Shown: positions 1-11,655, counted from the first letter of the whole stretch. The stretch is DNA of 63,670 bases, filler included, from Olpidium bornovanus S191 (GCA_017911155.1; 31 parts of 31 records of this genome joined end to end with filler, not necessarily neighbours in it); one strand, 5' to 3'. Notes: generated by a model not told the origin, from the sequence alone. Numbers and translations: made by a program.

Positions 1-476
1 ACCTGCCTCCGGCCACCCCAAGAATCTTAATCCTCCTGCCTGATGTTCAGACGCGATCCATTCAGAACTGGCAGGCTATGGACGCAAGTGCGTTTCAAAA
101 AAACTGGTATGCCTGAAGGAGGGCGACCAGTGCATTTCGGCCCAGTGTGGAAATGCACCCATAACCCCTTGTCAGGAACAGCATTCATGCTATCCTCCCC
201 CGATATTTGGACTGTGTGGCCACATGTTCCAGCCAGATCAACCATTGTTTTCTCATAAGCGCCCACTTCGATCTTCTTCCCGGCGGAGTGGTTCCGGAAG
301 AGTGTGGTACGCCGCGGTTCTCCTCGCGCTGGTGTGCTGTTGGCTGGAGGAAGACGGCAACGCGCCATCGCGATCTCGTTTAAATGGTCCTGCCGAAGAT
401 GTGCAGTGTGGCCTGCTAGCTTCAAAAGTCGCAACGTAATTTCATCTGCCTTTCAGACAACATCGTTGCCTTTTGG

Positions 477-1363
477 CTACTTCGATTGTTTTACCTCCGG
501 GAGCGGCTGGTCCAATGGCGGAATAAGGCCCTCCTTAACCAACAGTTCCTCGAGCTTGCTGTGTGCGCGCAGAACGCAACTGAAAGGGTCAGCCAGGCCA
601 CTCTCAAACCTCTGCAGGGAAAAAAAACCACCCCGTACCCCTCTTTGTGCAGTTCATAGAGCGTATCGCAACCTCCGAGGAAATCTCCGTTCAAGTAAAT
701 TTGTGGAACGGTCGGCCAATGCCTAAAATGGCGAGAAAACCGGGCGCGACGAGATCAGTGGTCAGGTGAGAATTCCGGGCGGTTCGAAGGTCTTTTTCGG
801 AAACGGCACGAAACTCACGAGTATTCTTTGATTGCACTTCTGACCTCGTCGTCCGCAAGGACGTCCACCGTCTTCAGCTTTGCGAGCTCGACACCTGCAT
901 AGGAGGCCGTACGGCAGACCGGCGCGCCGCGGCACAGTCTCAGACTTCTCTTCCGCTGCGCCGCTCGCTCCACGATTCCGGACGTCGGGGCTCTACTGCC
1001 GGACACGCACGCACCGTTGACTTCCAACATTTGCACGACCGCCCCGCTGAACCCGCACCGCGGGCTCTCTGGGGTGCCCTTCATGAAAACCACGAGCTTG
1101 TTCTCCTTTAATAAGTTGTCGAACCGCGACCGCATCGCGTCGCTGATGAACCGCCGCGCATGTTGTACTCGGCAGGCTGGTAACGCCGACCGCCGCGACA
1201 CCTGACAACAGCCGCGGAAAGAGGACCGCGGGAAGGAGGCGGGAAAAAAAGGGCAGGAAGGGGGGAGGAAAAAGGAAGGGTGCGAAAAGCGGAACAGCGT
1301 TAGAATCGCTGGCAACAGGGTGCGTGCCGCCGGACAGCGGCGGTGCCGGATGCGAGCCGACAT
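477..1363 (-). CDS. GRX5: Monothiol glutaredoxin, mitochondrial Grx5 type (spliced)
   Basis: Exons join to give [16 protein letters not shown] ... [54 protein letters not shown]...SK*. CGFS, WPTxPQ and GGCD motifs are present. ATG at 1363, TAG at 477-479, GT-AG junctions read by eye. Confidence 0.93.
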
Positions 1364-1872
1364 GGCAAGGACTCGGCAAAGACAAGCTTTCTCCCAGGTC
1401 CGTTCAATTCGGCGCGGGCCGTACGACGCGCAGCACGGGCAAAGTGAAAGAGGCGGCAGCCGCGCCTACCGCGCAAAGGGGGAGCATCATGGGTTCTTGC
1501 AGCCGCGGGACCTGCAAGGAGTCCACAGTGTGGCGTGTGTGGGTTGGGGTGGAAGGGTGCGACGGGGGTCGGCGAAATGCAAGCGGGCCCCCCCCCCCCC
1601 ACAGAGAATGTCACGTGACGCAGGGGATGACGCATACGGGTTGCCGGGAAAAACCTGTTGCATTATCATCCCTTCTTCTCCCCCCCTTCCCCCCCGCCCC
1701 CCCCGCCTTTCTGGTTTTCTGCACGATTGCAGCATCACTCCGGACGTGGGTGTTTACAGTAAGTTAGGTGGTGATCATTTATGTGGAAAAGAATTTGCGT
1801 TCACCAGCCGCCTCCTGGAAAGGGGGGGGGGGGGGGAAACCCCTTTCTCGCTGGTTTCGCGCCCTCTGGAAA

Positions 1873-2766
1873 ATGACCGTGAATGTCACCCTCATCGTCG
1901 CCGCCACCCGCGACGGCGGGATCGGGAAGGCGGGCGCGCTGCCATGGAGGTTGCGCGGCGACATGGCTTTCTTCCGGCAGGTAACGACCAATCTGCTGTC
2001 CGCCGAGGACCGGCGGCGCGGCGCTGTGGTGAACGCCGTCATCATGGGTAGGAAGACGTGGGAGTCGCTGCCGGAAAGCTTCCGACCACTGCGCGGCCGG
2101 CTGAACATCGTGCTGTCGCGGAATCAGAGCTTCGTGAGGTAAGGGAGGCAGACGAGGGCGGGGGGTGGTGGCGAGCGGCCGGCTTTGGCGGCGGCCATCC
2201 GGCGGGAAATCACTGCGCCTGGCGGGAACGACCGGGGTTCTCGATGACTGGTGCAACGCGCGCGTACCCCAACGCCGTGCGATGATAGGGCATCCCAACG
2301 CGCTTCCCCGCGCGTTTCTTGTGCTACAATTTCCCTCTTTTCCAGTTCCCTACACGGTGTCCCGATGGTACTCTCTTGCACGTCGCTGACGGACGCACTC
2401 GGTGCCGTGGAGACCTACCGAGCTGGAGCTCTCACGGGCTACCCCCCTAAGGTGGCCTCAGTCTTCGTCATTGGCGGGGCCAACGTCTACGAGCAGGCCC
2501 TCCCGTTTGCCAACAGGATATTCCTCACCAGGATCCTACACCCAGATAACCTGGATTGTGACGTATTCTTTAACGCAGTTGCGGAGGACCGGACCGGCCA
2601 GCTGAAGACAGCGGATGATGGTTGGGTTAAAAGGAGCAATGCCGAGTTCGACGAGGTCCTGCTGGAAGCAGGCCTGGCCGGTACCGGGAAGGGAGGGAAA
2701 GTAGAGGAGGAGAAGGGTATCCAATACGAGTATCGCTTATACGAACGACAGAAAAAAACGGAATGA
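1873..2766 (+). CDS. DFR1: Dihydrofolate reductase, monofunctional (exons 1873-2138 and 2346-2766)
   Basis: LIVAATRDGGIGKAGALPWRLRGDMAFF, NAVIMGRKTWESLP, RPLRGRLNIVLSR, VFVIGGANVY, CDVFF and YEYRLYER. The GTAAGG...TTCCAG intron keeps the frame. Confidence 0.95.
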
Positions 2767-3286
2767 AGTCCACCAACGCGCCGTGTTCCGTGGACAACGG
2801 GACATTCGAAAGAGACATCTTAGTCTTTCCTGGAATGAATGAGTGCTCTGCTGCGAATTCGGTCGGCGGCTCGGAACGTCGTGCGAGAAGCGAGCGCAAT
2901 TTGTTCTGCGCTCCGCCGCCGTTGACCGACTGTCCTTGGGCACCGTCAAAGCACCGTCAAAAACCGCTCGTTGTTCCGCTTCGGCTCGCCGGACTCCCTT
3001 GAGAGCTCCTCTGGCGAACATGGTGTACGCGTCATACGGCCCCGTGTAAAAGCCCAGATGGGATTTGCGGACTTCACGACCCGAACATGACTTGGGAAAC
3101 AGCGTAAGAAACAGAACTCGGAGGTGGATATTACTCGAAAAAGCACTTTTTGCATCTGCTTAGCTGCGCAAAAATTCTTTGGACGTTTTAGCCCACAAAA
3201 CCCACTTCCGGGAATTCTATCTCGTATCAAAAAATATTGGATATGGCCGTCAGTCGAGCCTCGGCGCATTTCCCACACGAAGAGCC

Positions 3287-3829
3287 CTAATAATCAAACT
3301 CGTCGTCCGCGTCTCCTTCTGCTTTCGAATTGACGTTGTTGGCCACGACCGCTTGCTTCCGGTAAAACTCGGCCACCTGTGAACAGGCCGAAGCAAACGC
3401 AATCGGTCAACAGGATCTAAACTATTTTAATATGTCGATCCCACGCACCTGGTCACTGGTTGTTGCCTGCTCTGGCGTCTTGTCCTCGCGAACTCTGATG
3501 AACCTCGGAAAGCGTAATGAGATGCCTTTCGTTTCGTCCACCTAAGATCGATTCCAGGCGGTGGTGAACGCGAACAAGGAGCACATAATGATAGTAAAGG
3601 CGGGGAAAAAAGCACTATTCCCCACCTTCCCAATAGCTGCATGATACACTGGCGAAATAGATAAATCTGCGCATTGAACTTCCCAGACCTGGGATGGCTT
3701 GAACCACCCGTAGGGTTTTGTAGTATCGCTGTAACGGTAGTAACTCTTGGGCTCCTCGATTGGCTCAAGCTGCTTGTGGTGCTCATTAAGCTGCTCTTCT
3801 GAAAACCCCGAACCGATCTTGCAGATGCT
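3287..3829 (-). CDS. CDC9: DNA ligase I, C-terminal OB-fold part (5' truncated by contig end, 3 exons)
   Basis: Translated by hand (not in the ORF track): [14 protein letters not shown]...[27 protein letters not shown] / [21 protein letters not shown] / VAEFYRKQ...DDEFDY*. These are ligase I motifs. Confidence 0.92.
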
Positions 3830-3929
3830 NNNNNNNNNNNNNNNNNNNNNNNNNNNNNNNNNNNNNNNNNNNNTTAATTAATTAANNNNNNNNNNNNNNN
3901 NNNNNNNNNNNNNNNNNNNNNNNNNNNNN
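3830..3929. other. Artificial contig spacer N44-TTAATTAATTAA-N44 (first of 30)
   Basis: The identical 100-nt block recurs 30 times; the linker carries stop codons in all six frames. Confidence 0.98.
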
Positions 3930-4261
3930 CATGTGTCCCGAAACACTCGAAATGCTTGTTTTGTTGTAAGATTGGTACAAAGAATTTGGTGCTGTGCAGC
4001 AAACCAAAGACTAGTAAGCAGCTTGTAAAGAAAAGAATAACTTTAGTAATAAGTAACTACAGAAGTAAAAGAAGGCAGGGCTCCACCTCTTAAAGTCGTC
4101 ATCATTTCCCCCATATTAATGGACTTTACCCGCCCGGTACGAGTATGGGTATTGGTCTTGCTGAACCTGCTCGGGTACCGGTACGGGTTTGAGCTGACCC
4201 CCTCGGGTACGGATACGGGTTTGGGCAATACCCGTACCCGACCCCTCGGACAAGAACCCTA
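3930..4261 (+). mobile_element. Right end of a hAT DNA transposon (transposase C-terminal relic, subterminal repeats, putative TIR)
   Basis: 3931 onward reads MCPETLEMLVLL*DWYKEF, resembling the end of the hAT dimerisation domain (PETxEAL.C.QDW), with a premature TAA. CGGGTA/TACCCG repeats follow at about 4125-4245. The element ends in ...AAGAACCCTA, whose reverse complement begins TAGGG, a hAT-type terminus. Confidence 0.65.
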
Positions 4262-5393
4262 TGTACGGTAGACGCGACTTCATTGATCTCTGCCACGTCC
4301 TTGCGGTAAGCTAGGCGAATACGGACAGGAAAGCGGGAAAAAAGGGAGTGGAGGAGCAGGGGGGGGGGGAAGGAAGGGGGGGGCGGCGGGGGCGGGGGGG
4401 GCGAAAAAGGAAGGGAAAAGCGTTCTTCTTTATGTTCCTCGGGAAGCCGGCCCATCCTCCGCCGAGCGCCCCTTAACCGGAGTCACTAATGAAGAGACCG
4501 GGCGCCCCAGATCGGCCTGCGACACTCAGCTCACATCGGCAAATTCGTCGACCGCCGTGGCAAACCTTCCAACCGCCCCGTGCCGTGTTTCCCCGGCGCT
4601 CCAAGCCGTCGTTCGACCAGCCGCGCCCGGGCGTCCGCGGGTTCCTTCCCCCGCACCGCACTGACATCGGCAATGTTGTCCTCAAAAATGTTTTTGGCAA
4701 ACTTGGGGGGTGCTTCACCTCCCGCGTGTCTCGATCTTCGCGCGGTACACCCGCGTCGGTATACGCCCATCGACGGACGGGAATAAGGGCGCGGGGGTAT
4801 AAACTCGCGGAAAAAAAAAAAAAAAAAAAAATTGTTCGCTGCTTTACGATGTGCCCAACGGACGGAGTGCGCGCCCATCGGGGTAAATCGTCATCCGTTG
4901 AAGTCCAACGGCCTCCGCGTGGCCGAGAGGTCCCCGACGGAGCTGTAAATTGAACCACCGGGCGAGCAAAAAAAAAAAACGTAATCTTCGATCAACGGCG
5001 CTGCGCTCAAAATGTCGGATAATGGCGCCGTTCGCAGGCCGCAGGTCCTGTACGAAGCGTAACCTGTCCCCGTTTTCCGGAACAGTGAACCCGGCGGCAG
5101 AGCCCCCTCTCGGAGGCTCCCAACCTACAAAGTAAACACAGGCGTAGACGCGACGCTTTTTCTGCAGAACCAATGTCTTCGAGCCCCCTTCTAAAGACGT
5201 CTTTCGGAACGCCCCCCCCCCCCCTCCTTTCGTACCGAACGAAAGCCAAAAATAAAGCGCATCCAACAAAAATTTCCTCCTTCAACCTCGTACAATTGCA
5301 ACTTGCCCCAGCCGCGAGGTTGTTGGCGCCCACTCGCCCACCAAAAAATCTCTCATTTGAAAGGAGAAAAGAATGGTGGGGAAGGAGAAAAAC

Positions 5394-5426
<33 letters not shown>

Positions 5427-5822
5427 NNNNNNNNNNNNNNNNNNNNNNNNNNNNNNNNNNNNNNNNNNNNTTAATTAATTAANNNNNNNNNNNNNNNNNN
5501 NNNNNNNNNNNNNNNNNNNNNNNNNNCGCCCGCCTGTGAATTTCAGGTATATCGGTTAGAATATCATTCCGCGGGCGTTTATGGCAAAATACTCGCAGTG
5601 CAGATATACCAAAATTGTCTGATTCACTAGAAGACCAAGGAAAAAAAAAAACGAGTGAGCGACCCGCTGCTATCGCAAAAAGGACAGGAAACAAGAAACA
5701 AAATAAGGCTCCGGCGGTGTACCATGGTAGTTCAGTCTTACACTAGAAGAGGGGAAAGCGAAGGAGTGAGCTGGGAAACAGGAAAACAGGTTAAATAAAA
5801 AAATTACATCAAAAGTGAGTGG

Positions 5823-6893
5823 TTACGTACGTCCTGCGTCCTCCGCTACCATAAGGCGGGCCCCGACCCGAGTCAAAACTGTATGTGAGACGGCGTTGGG
5901 GTCGGAGCCCAAGCTTGTGGCGGCGTCGCTGCCTATCGCCCACTGCAAGTTAAAGTAATCAAATAGTGAGCATGCGGCCACGCCTGGATCCTTACATGCG
6001 GAAACAAAAATCCGGTCACTCACGGCAGCGACGCCGTCATCATCGTTGGAGCGGAGGACGACGAGGGTCCAGTTGTCGAGGTTCACCACTGCTCGCACCC
6101 GGCCTCCGCCAAACTCTAGCACACTGGCGGAGGCCGAGAAGCCCACCAGCGACCATCTAGGCAAAATATCGGCGCTGGCGGGCTAAAACCGAAATCGTCA
6201 GTGCCGCTCCTGCCTTCGCCCCGGTTGAACCGCAGGACGCCCTGTTCGTAGTCACCTCCAGTGCGAGCAGTGGCTCCTCCGAGGGACCCTCGGGGACGGA
6301 CCCCGGCACCCGCGGATCCGGCAATGGCGCCCGGATTCCCCCGAGCCCTGAAGTGAGGTACATCTCCAGCTCTTTGGTGTCGGGGGAATCCCTGGATACA
6401 AATTCGAACGCGAACGCACAGCTGATCAGCGTCCAGTTTTCGCATTTCGATATGGATGAAAAACAGCATAGATTAAAAGACATTGCCGATTGACATTTGA
6501 CTCACAGGAAGCGCATCGTCGGACTTGCTGTAGGAGCCGGGGTCCAGGGACCCGACGATATCGCCAGGATCCCGCCGACGGGGGGGGTGAGGTCCATGGG
6601 CACCTCCTCATAGTCGACGGAATCCCTGGTACAAACAGAAACGAGGCAAACGCGCATATGATCAGCGTCCGCTTTCCACATGTCAAAGTGGATGAAACGG
6701 CCCAGGTTGAATGGTATTGTCGATTAACATATACTCACTGGTCGGATATCGTCGGGCCCGCAGGCGTGGCGGCGGCGGCGCGGGCATGCGCGGGGACGGC
6801 GGCGCGGCCGGGCGTTGCGGCGGCGGAGCGGCCGGGCGTGGCGGCGGCGGCGGCGGCGCGGCCAGGCGGGGTGCCGGCGGCGCGGGCATGCGC
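5823..6893 (-). CDS. Hypothetical spliced gene containing a tandemly duplicated intron+exon unit
   Basis: GTGAGT...CTGAT...CAG introns at 6738-6626 and 6505-6392 flank a 120-nt phase-symmetric exon (6625-6506). The next exon is paralogous. No homologue recognised. Confidence 0.45.
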
Positions 6894-7080
6894 NNNNNNN
6901 NNNNNNNNNNNNNNNNNNNNNNNNNNNNNNNNNNNNNTTAATTAATTAANNNNNNNNNNNNNNNNNNNNNNNNNNNNNNNNNNNNNNNNNNNNACACAAG
7001 CAAAACCTCCTTCAAGTTGAGCCCCTCCCCCTTGCCCCCTCCTTCAACCCGAACCCCCCCCCCCGGGCCCACCGGGCACG

Positions 7081-7486
7081 GATTGACAATTGAGAACTGA
7101 TGACAATAGGCAATTGACAACTGACGACAATTGACGGTCAATAATTGACAATTAATAATTGACGATTTATAATCTACAATAGACAATCAATAATTGGCAA
7201 TGGATGATTAATAATTGACAATTGATGATTGATAATTGACAATTGACCAATTGACAATCGAGAATTGATGATTGACAATTGACCAATTGACAATCGAGAA
7301 TTGATGATTGACGATTGACAATTGACAATTGACAATTGATAATTGACGATTGACCATTGACAATTGACGATCGATAATTGACAATTGACGATTGATAATT
7401 GACAATTGATGATCGATAATTGACAATTGATGATTGATAATTGACAATTGACGATCAATAATTGACAATTGACAATTGACAATTGC
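7081..7486. repeat. AT-rich degenerate heptamer satellite (ATTGACA)n
   Basis: About 55-60 units of ATTGACA/ATTGATA/ATTGACG/ATCGATA/ATTGATG. These produce the spurious IVNCQLS ORFs. Confidence 0.95.
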
Positions 7487-7618
7487 CAAATTTCAAAAGT
7501 TATCTGGACGCAGGAAACCTGTTCAACATTAATGAATTTCCCGTAAACTTCCCCTCTCGGGGAATTTTACTGGCCTCCCCTTCTTTTCCAAACGTTCCGA
7601 GCTGCCCCCCCCCGTCCC

Positions 7619-7737
7619 CCTTCAACCCGAACCCCCCCCCCTCCCTTCAACCCGAACCCCCCGGCCCCTTCAGCAAGAACCCCCTCCTTCAACCCGAACT
7701 CCCTCCTTCAACCCGAACACCCCCTTCAACCTGAACC
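7619..7737. repeat. Array of CCTTCAACCCGAAC motifs (a further copy at 7041)
   Basis: Exact copies at 7041, 7619, 7644, 7686 and 7705; variants at about 7667 and 7723; spacing 18-25 nt. Confidence 0.9.
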
Positions 7738-8109
7738 CCCCCGCTTCATGGCTGGTGCGTTGAGCAGGAGAACGATGGAATAACGGAGTGTCCACTACAT
7801 TTGCCGTGAACATGACACCTGAGGTGGAACTGTTGGATGTCAGCGCGGGGTTATCGGACCAGGGTGGTGTAAAGCCTGTCAGCGGATCAGATCTACTCTG
7901 ATCAAACTTATGAAGCAACTTGGGTGCATGGCGGGCAATACAAACCAAGACCATACATACACAAATTACCTTTAAATATCCCGTCCTTGCGTTCAAAGCC
8001 TGACTACCCAACTGCCCCTTTTTTTTCCAGTAGCTCAAGCTAGATTTGTGAAACAAACCCCCTTCCCGGGCATGTTCCACACTCCTCACCGGGTTCTTTC
8101 TTTTCTGAC

Positions 8110-8202
8110 GTGCACCCCATTCATCCGGCACCTGCAACAAACACCAACCCGTTGATGTGCACCCCTTTTATCCGGCACCTGCAACAAACACCAACCCGCT
8201 GC
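8110..8202. repeat. 47-bp tandem duplication
   Basis: GTGCACCCC...ATCCGGCACCTGCAACAAACACCAACCCG starting at 8110 and 8157. Confidence 0.9.
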
Positions 8203-8827
8203 CAGGAACAAACTCCCCACACTCTCCTTGAACGCTGTTTCGCCAGTTCCTCGTCTGGTTCCTCGCCTTTTTGCTCGTTCTTGGCTTTAAAATGGGCCGC
8301 GCTGCACGTTCAGTGGTGTCAAAGAGGGCTTCACAGGACCAAAGGCAGCCATTTTACCGAGACAGGCTGCGTGTGTCTTCTACCTTGTTTGGTGTGTATA
8401 TGTTTGATCATCCAAACCTTTTTTGTGGTATCCTAAAATGAGGGTCGTTTGGTCTTCTGGTTCTTTCTCGCCGTTCCCTAATCTTTGGCTTCTTTGCTTG
8501 AACTTCCCTGTTAGATATCCACTCTGGTGAGGCTTCTGCCGGCTTAGTTTCCCACCTTTCCTCTGCCCTGTTACCTGCCCCGACAGTGCACGGTACGTAC
8601 ACAAAAAGAGTGGTTTAGAACGTGACCACCACCGTATTCATATTGGCTGTGTGCTGTAGCACGGCCCTCGAACCGCTCATCGACCGACGACACGGAAGGC
8701 GGGCGGCGGGCGAGGGGCGGCGGGCGAAGGGCGCAGGGCAAAGGGCGAGAGGCGGTCGAAGGGCGGAAGCGGCGGCGGGATCGAGGGTAGGACGGCCCCC
8801 GAACCCGGGGGCCGACCAATAGAATAG

Positions 8828-8910
8828 CCCCCCTCGAAGCCCGCCAATCAAAGAGCGCTTCCCCCCTTCCCCCCTCGAAGCCCCCCAATCGAAGAGCTTT
8901 CCCCCTTGCC
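8828..8910. repeat. 42-bp tandem duplication
   Basis: CCCCTCGAAGCCC.CCAATC.AAGAGC..TCCCC twice. Confidence 0.85.
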
Positions 8911-9628
8911 CCTTTCCCCCCCAGCACCACACGCGGGAACCCCCGCCAACCATAACCCCCCCCCCCCCCCCACCCCCCCCCCCCCCCCCCCCCCCCCACC
9001 AAAACCCCCCCCCCCCCCCCCCCGGGGCGCCCGGGGCCCCCCCNNNNNNNNNNNNNNNNNNNNNNNNNNNNNNNNNNNNNNNNNNNNTTAATTAATTAAN
9101 NNNNNNNNNNNNNNNNNNNNNNNNNNNNNNNNNNNNNNNNNNNCGAACATCCTGGGCAGATCGTTTGGGAGAGCGCGGCAGTTAAGACGAAGCGATGCGC
9201 AAACGTGAACGAAAAAGGGAAACAACAAGAAAGTATGGACGAATACAAACAAACGACGACATGTCACGCACCACATCCTTCTCCATATTGATCTTGGCTG
9301 TTGGAGCATTCGCGTTTCGTCTATTCGCAGTGTCCGCATATTAGGGCTCAGGCGAGGTCGAGTTTCGTAAAGCTTTAAGAACGTTCAAGTCGTAAAATTG
9401 CAAACAACAGCAAGCAATTTTGAACGCAAGCCATTTCGCGAGATTTGCCTGGTAATTCATACCTCATCCAAGAAATGGATTAGCTGATACATTTTGTATC
9501 TCGTGAACACCCAGCATGCGTTTGCAATACTTAGAAAGATCAAGAACCATTCGGCCCCGGCCATCTGGAAGCCGGAGCGCGCACCTCGAACTAAGCATTA
9601 AAGGCATGCGACGTTCAGGAATATCGTG

Positions 9629-10244
9629 TCAAGGTACTGGCGTAGCGTGCTTTACCAGGAGACTCGTGTCGGCGAACCAGCTAGGCTCCGGGTCACCAAC
9701 GTCCCATCGCACGCTGGTACGAGTATTCTGTGGTGAATTGATGATCGGGCCAACTTCCGAGCCCTGTTCTGAAAGGTAGCGCAGCTTGGCTAGGACCATC
9801 AATACGTTGCAGGCGGCGGTAATAGGTACGCTGGCCATCAAGAGCGACAGGTGAGTGTCCGTGTACCTGCTTTCGCTGGACTGTGTTTCCCGCGACCAGC
9901 TTACGGCAACCGCGGCGTGTCAGCCTTGCGGGCCGTGGGCGCACCTTGCATTAGCCTGCACCGCGTCCCAATCCACGGTATGAAACGCCTGTATGAAATG
10001 TGCGCGCCAGCGGGATCACGAACGCGGTGAGGATCGGCTTGGCGGTGATCGACCCGCAGGTCAAGGAGGCGACCCGCGGTTCCCTCACCTCCTCGATCGA
10101 CATCCACCAATCCTGCGGCGCGCTGAGGACACGCCGCGTGAAGGGGACGTGTCTGACAAGCCTCGGCGTGGTCCCCGGGCGGCGCGCCGGCGTTCGCCTA
10201 GGCGAGGCGGCGGGCCGGCGGACGGGAGTGGCCGAGCTGGCCAT
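9629..10244 (-). CDS. Probable nuclear-envelope membrane protein, Nur1/Mug154-like N-terminus (spliced, extent uncertain)
   Basis: MASS...TPRLVRHVPFTRRVLSAPQDWWMSIEE followed by a GTGAGG donor, then a hydrophobic exon SLLMASVPITAACNVLMVLAKL. Family resemblance is from memory, not from a search. Confidence 0.4.
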
Positions 10245-11655
10245 CGTATGCGCACCGCCGTCACCTGCAGGTGCGCTTCCGCGAACAACCAAGATTCTTC
10301 ACGGCGACGGTGCCCGGATTTGGGGTGCGGAAAGGGCGCGGCCTGAAAAAGCCAACCCTGTCGTTAAATAAACTTTCGCTAATCACGTGATCACCAACGG
10401 CGGTGCGATGAACACCTGCAGGCAGATGCTCACCCTGGAATCTGAGACAAACGCAATTCCGCCCAGGTTCTTTTCTCCGTTTCAAAACATGCNNNNNNNN
10501 NNNNNNNNNNNNNNNNNNNNNNNNNNNNNNNNNNNNTTAATTAATTAANNNNNNNNNNNNNNNNNNNNNNNNNNNNNNNNNNNNNNNNNNNNTCCGAACC
10601 CGGGCGTCCCAGCCTCCCCTGCTCGCTCAATTGAGGCGGGGGCGACGCTGACCCCCCGAAAGCGACGGGCGCGGATAGCGCAGGGAAGGGAACCGGGGGA
10701 AGGAGGGTGTGAGAGGTGCGGCCAGGTCGGTGGAGAATTTCCTCGGCCGCGCCGCGCGCGCGTGCGACGCTTCTTCGTCTGTTTTCCGCTCCGATCGCGG
10801 CGGTTTTTTTTTTTCCGGGGGGGGGGGGGGGGGGGAAAAAAAAAAAAAAAAAAAAACGAGACGGGAAAACGACCGCCGCCCCCTCCCCGTCGTCCCTCTT
10901 CCCGGGCCCCCGAGACGCGCGCGTAACGGAGAGGAAGAGAGGGGCCGCCGGCACCGGGCCAACGCCACGCACACCGGCCGCACGCAGATCGCCCCGCCGC
11001 GCACTCCGCCGCCCGCTCCGTACCCCCCCTTTTTCCCCTCCGTCTCCCTCTCCGCGGCCGCCCTCCCGCCCCGCCCGCCACCCCCCCTCTTTCCCACCCC
11101 CTGCGCTTTGCCGCTTTTCGGCCTCCTCCGTTCCTCCCCGGCCCCCCCCCCTTCTGGTGGTTTTCCAGCTGCGTCGCCCATGCCCGTCGCCGACGGCGCC
11201 TGCCCCCTTCCCCCAGCGTCGTCGTCAGCCGTTCTCGGAACCGTCCCAAAGAGTTTGCCCGCAAACACCGGGCGCCGGCGCTCCGCCCTCCCGCGGCTCC
11301 CAGCGAGGGAAATGCGCTGGGAGTGCGATCCCCTGTCCGTCGGCGCGCGGTGCTCTCTGTCGCGTGGCGGCGAGGGGCAAAGGGACCCCCCCAAAACCAA
11401 GGCGGGCTGCCTGCTGCTGCCGCCACCGGTCGCCGTCGTTTCGGGCGCCGCGGCGGGCGGGAACCAGCGTGCGGCCGGCCCTTTTAGTACAGCGTTGCCG
11501 GCCGGGTCCGGTAGGAGAATCCCTTTTTTGTTTTGCCCGATGTCCCGCGGGGGGGGGGGGGGTTTTCCCCCTGCCGGAGCCGCCGCTTTTGCGACGACGT
11601 CCGGCCCGAGAACGTCAGCTGAAACGCCGCACACGCACTTTTCCCCGGCCTGCTA

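Noticed and set aside
1945-1975. Asp rather than Glu at the DHFR catalytic position as a sign of bacterial origin
   Set aside because: Asp occurs in many eukaryotic DHFRs, and the gene has a spliceosomal intron and host-like composition.
7081-7486. Bacterial -35 boxes (TTGACA) or an IVNCQLS repeat protein
   Set aside because: Both are by-products of a 7-bp satellite; there is no promoter or gene context.
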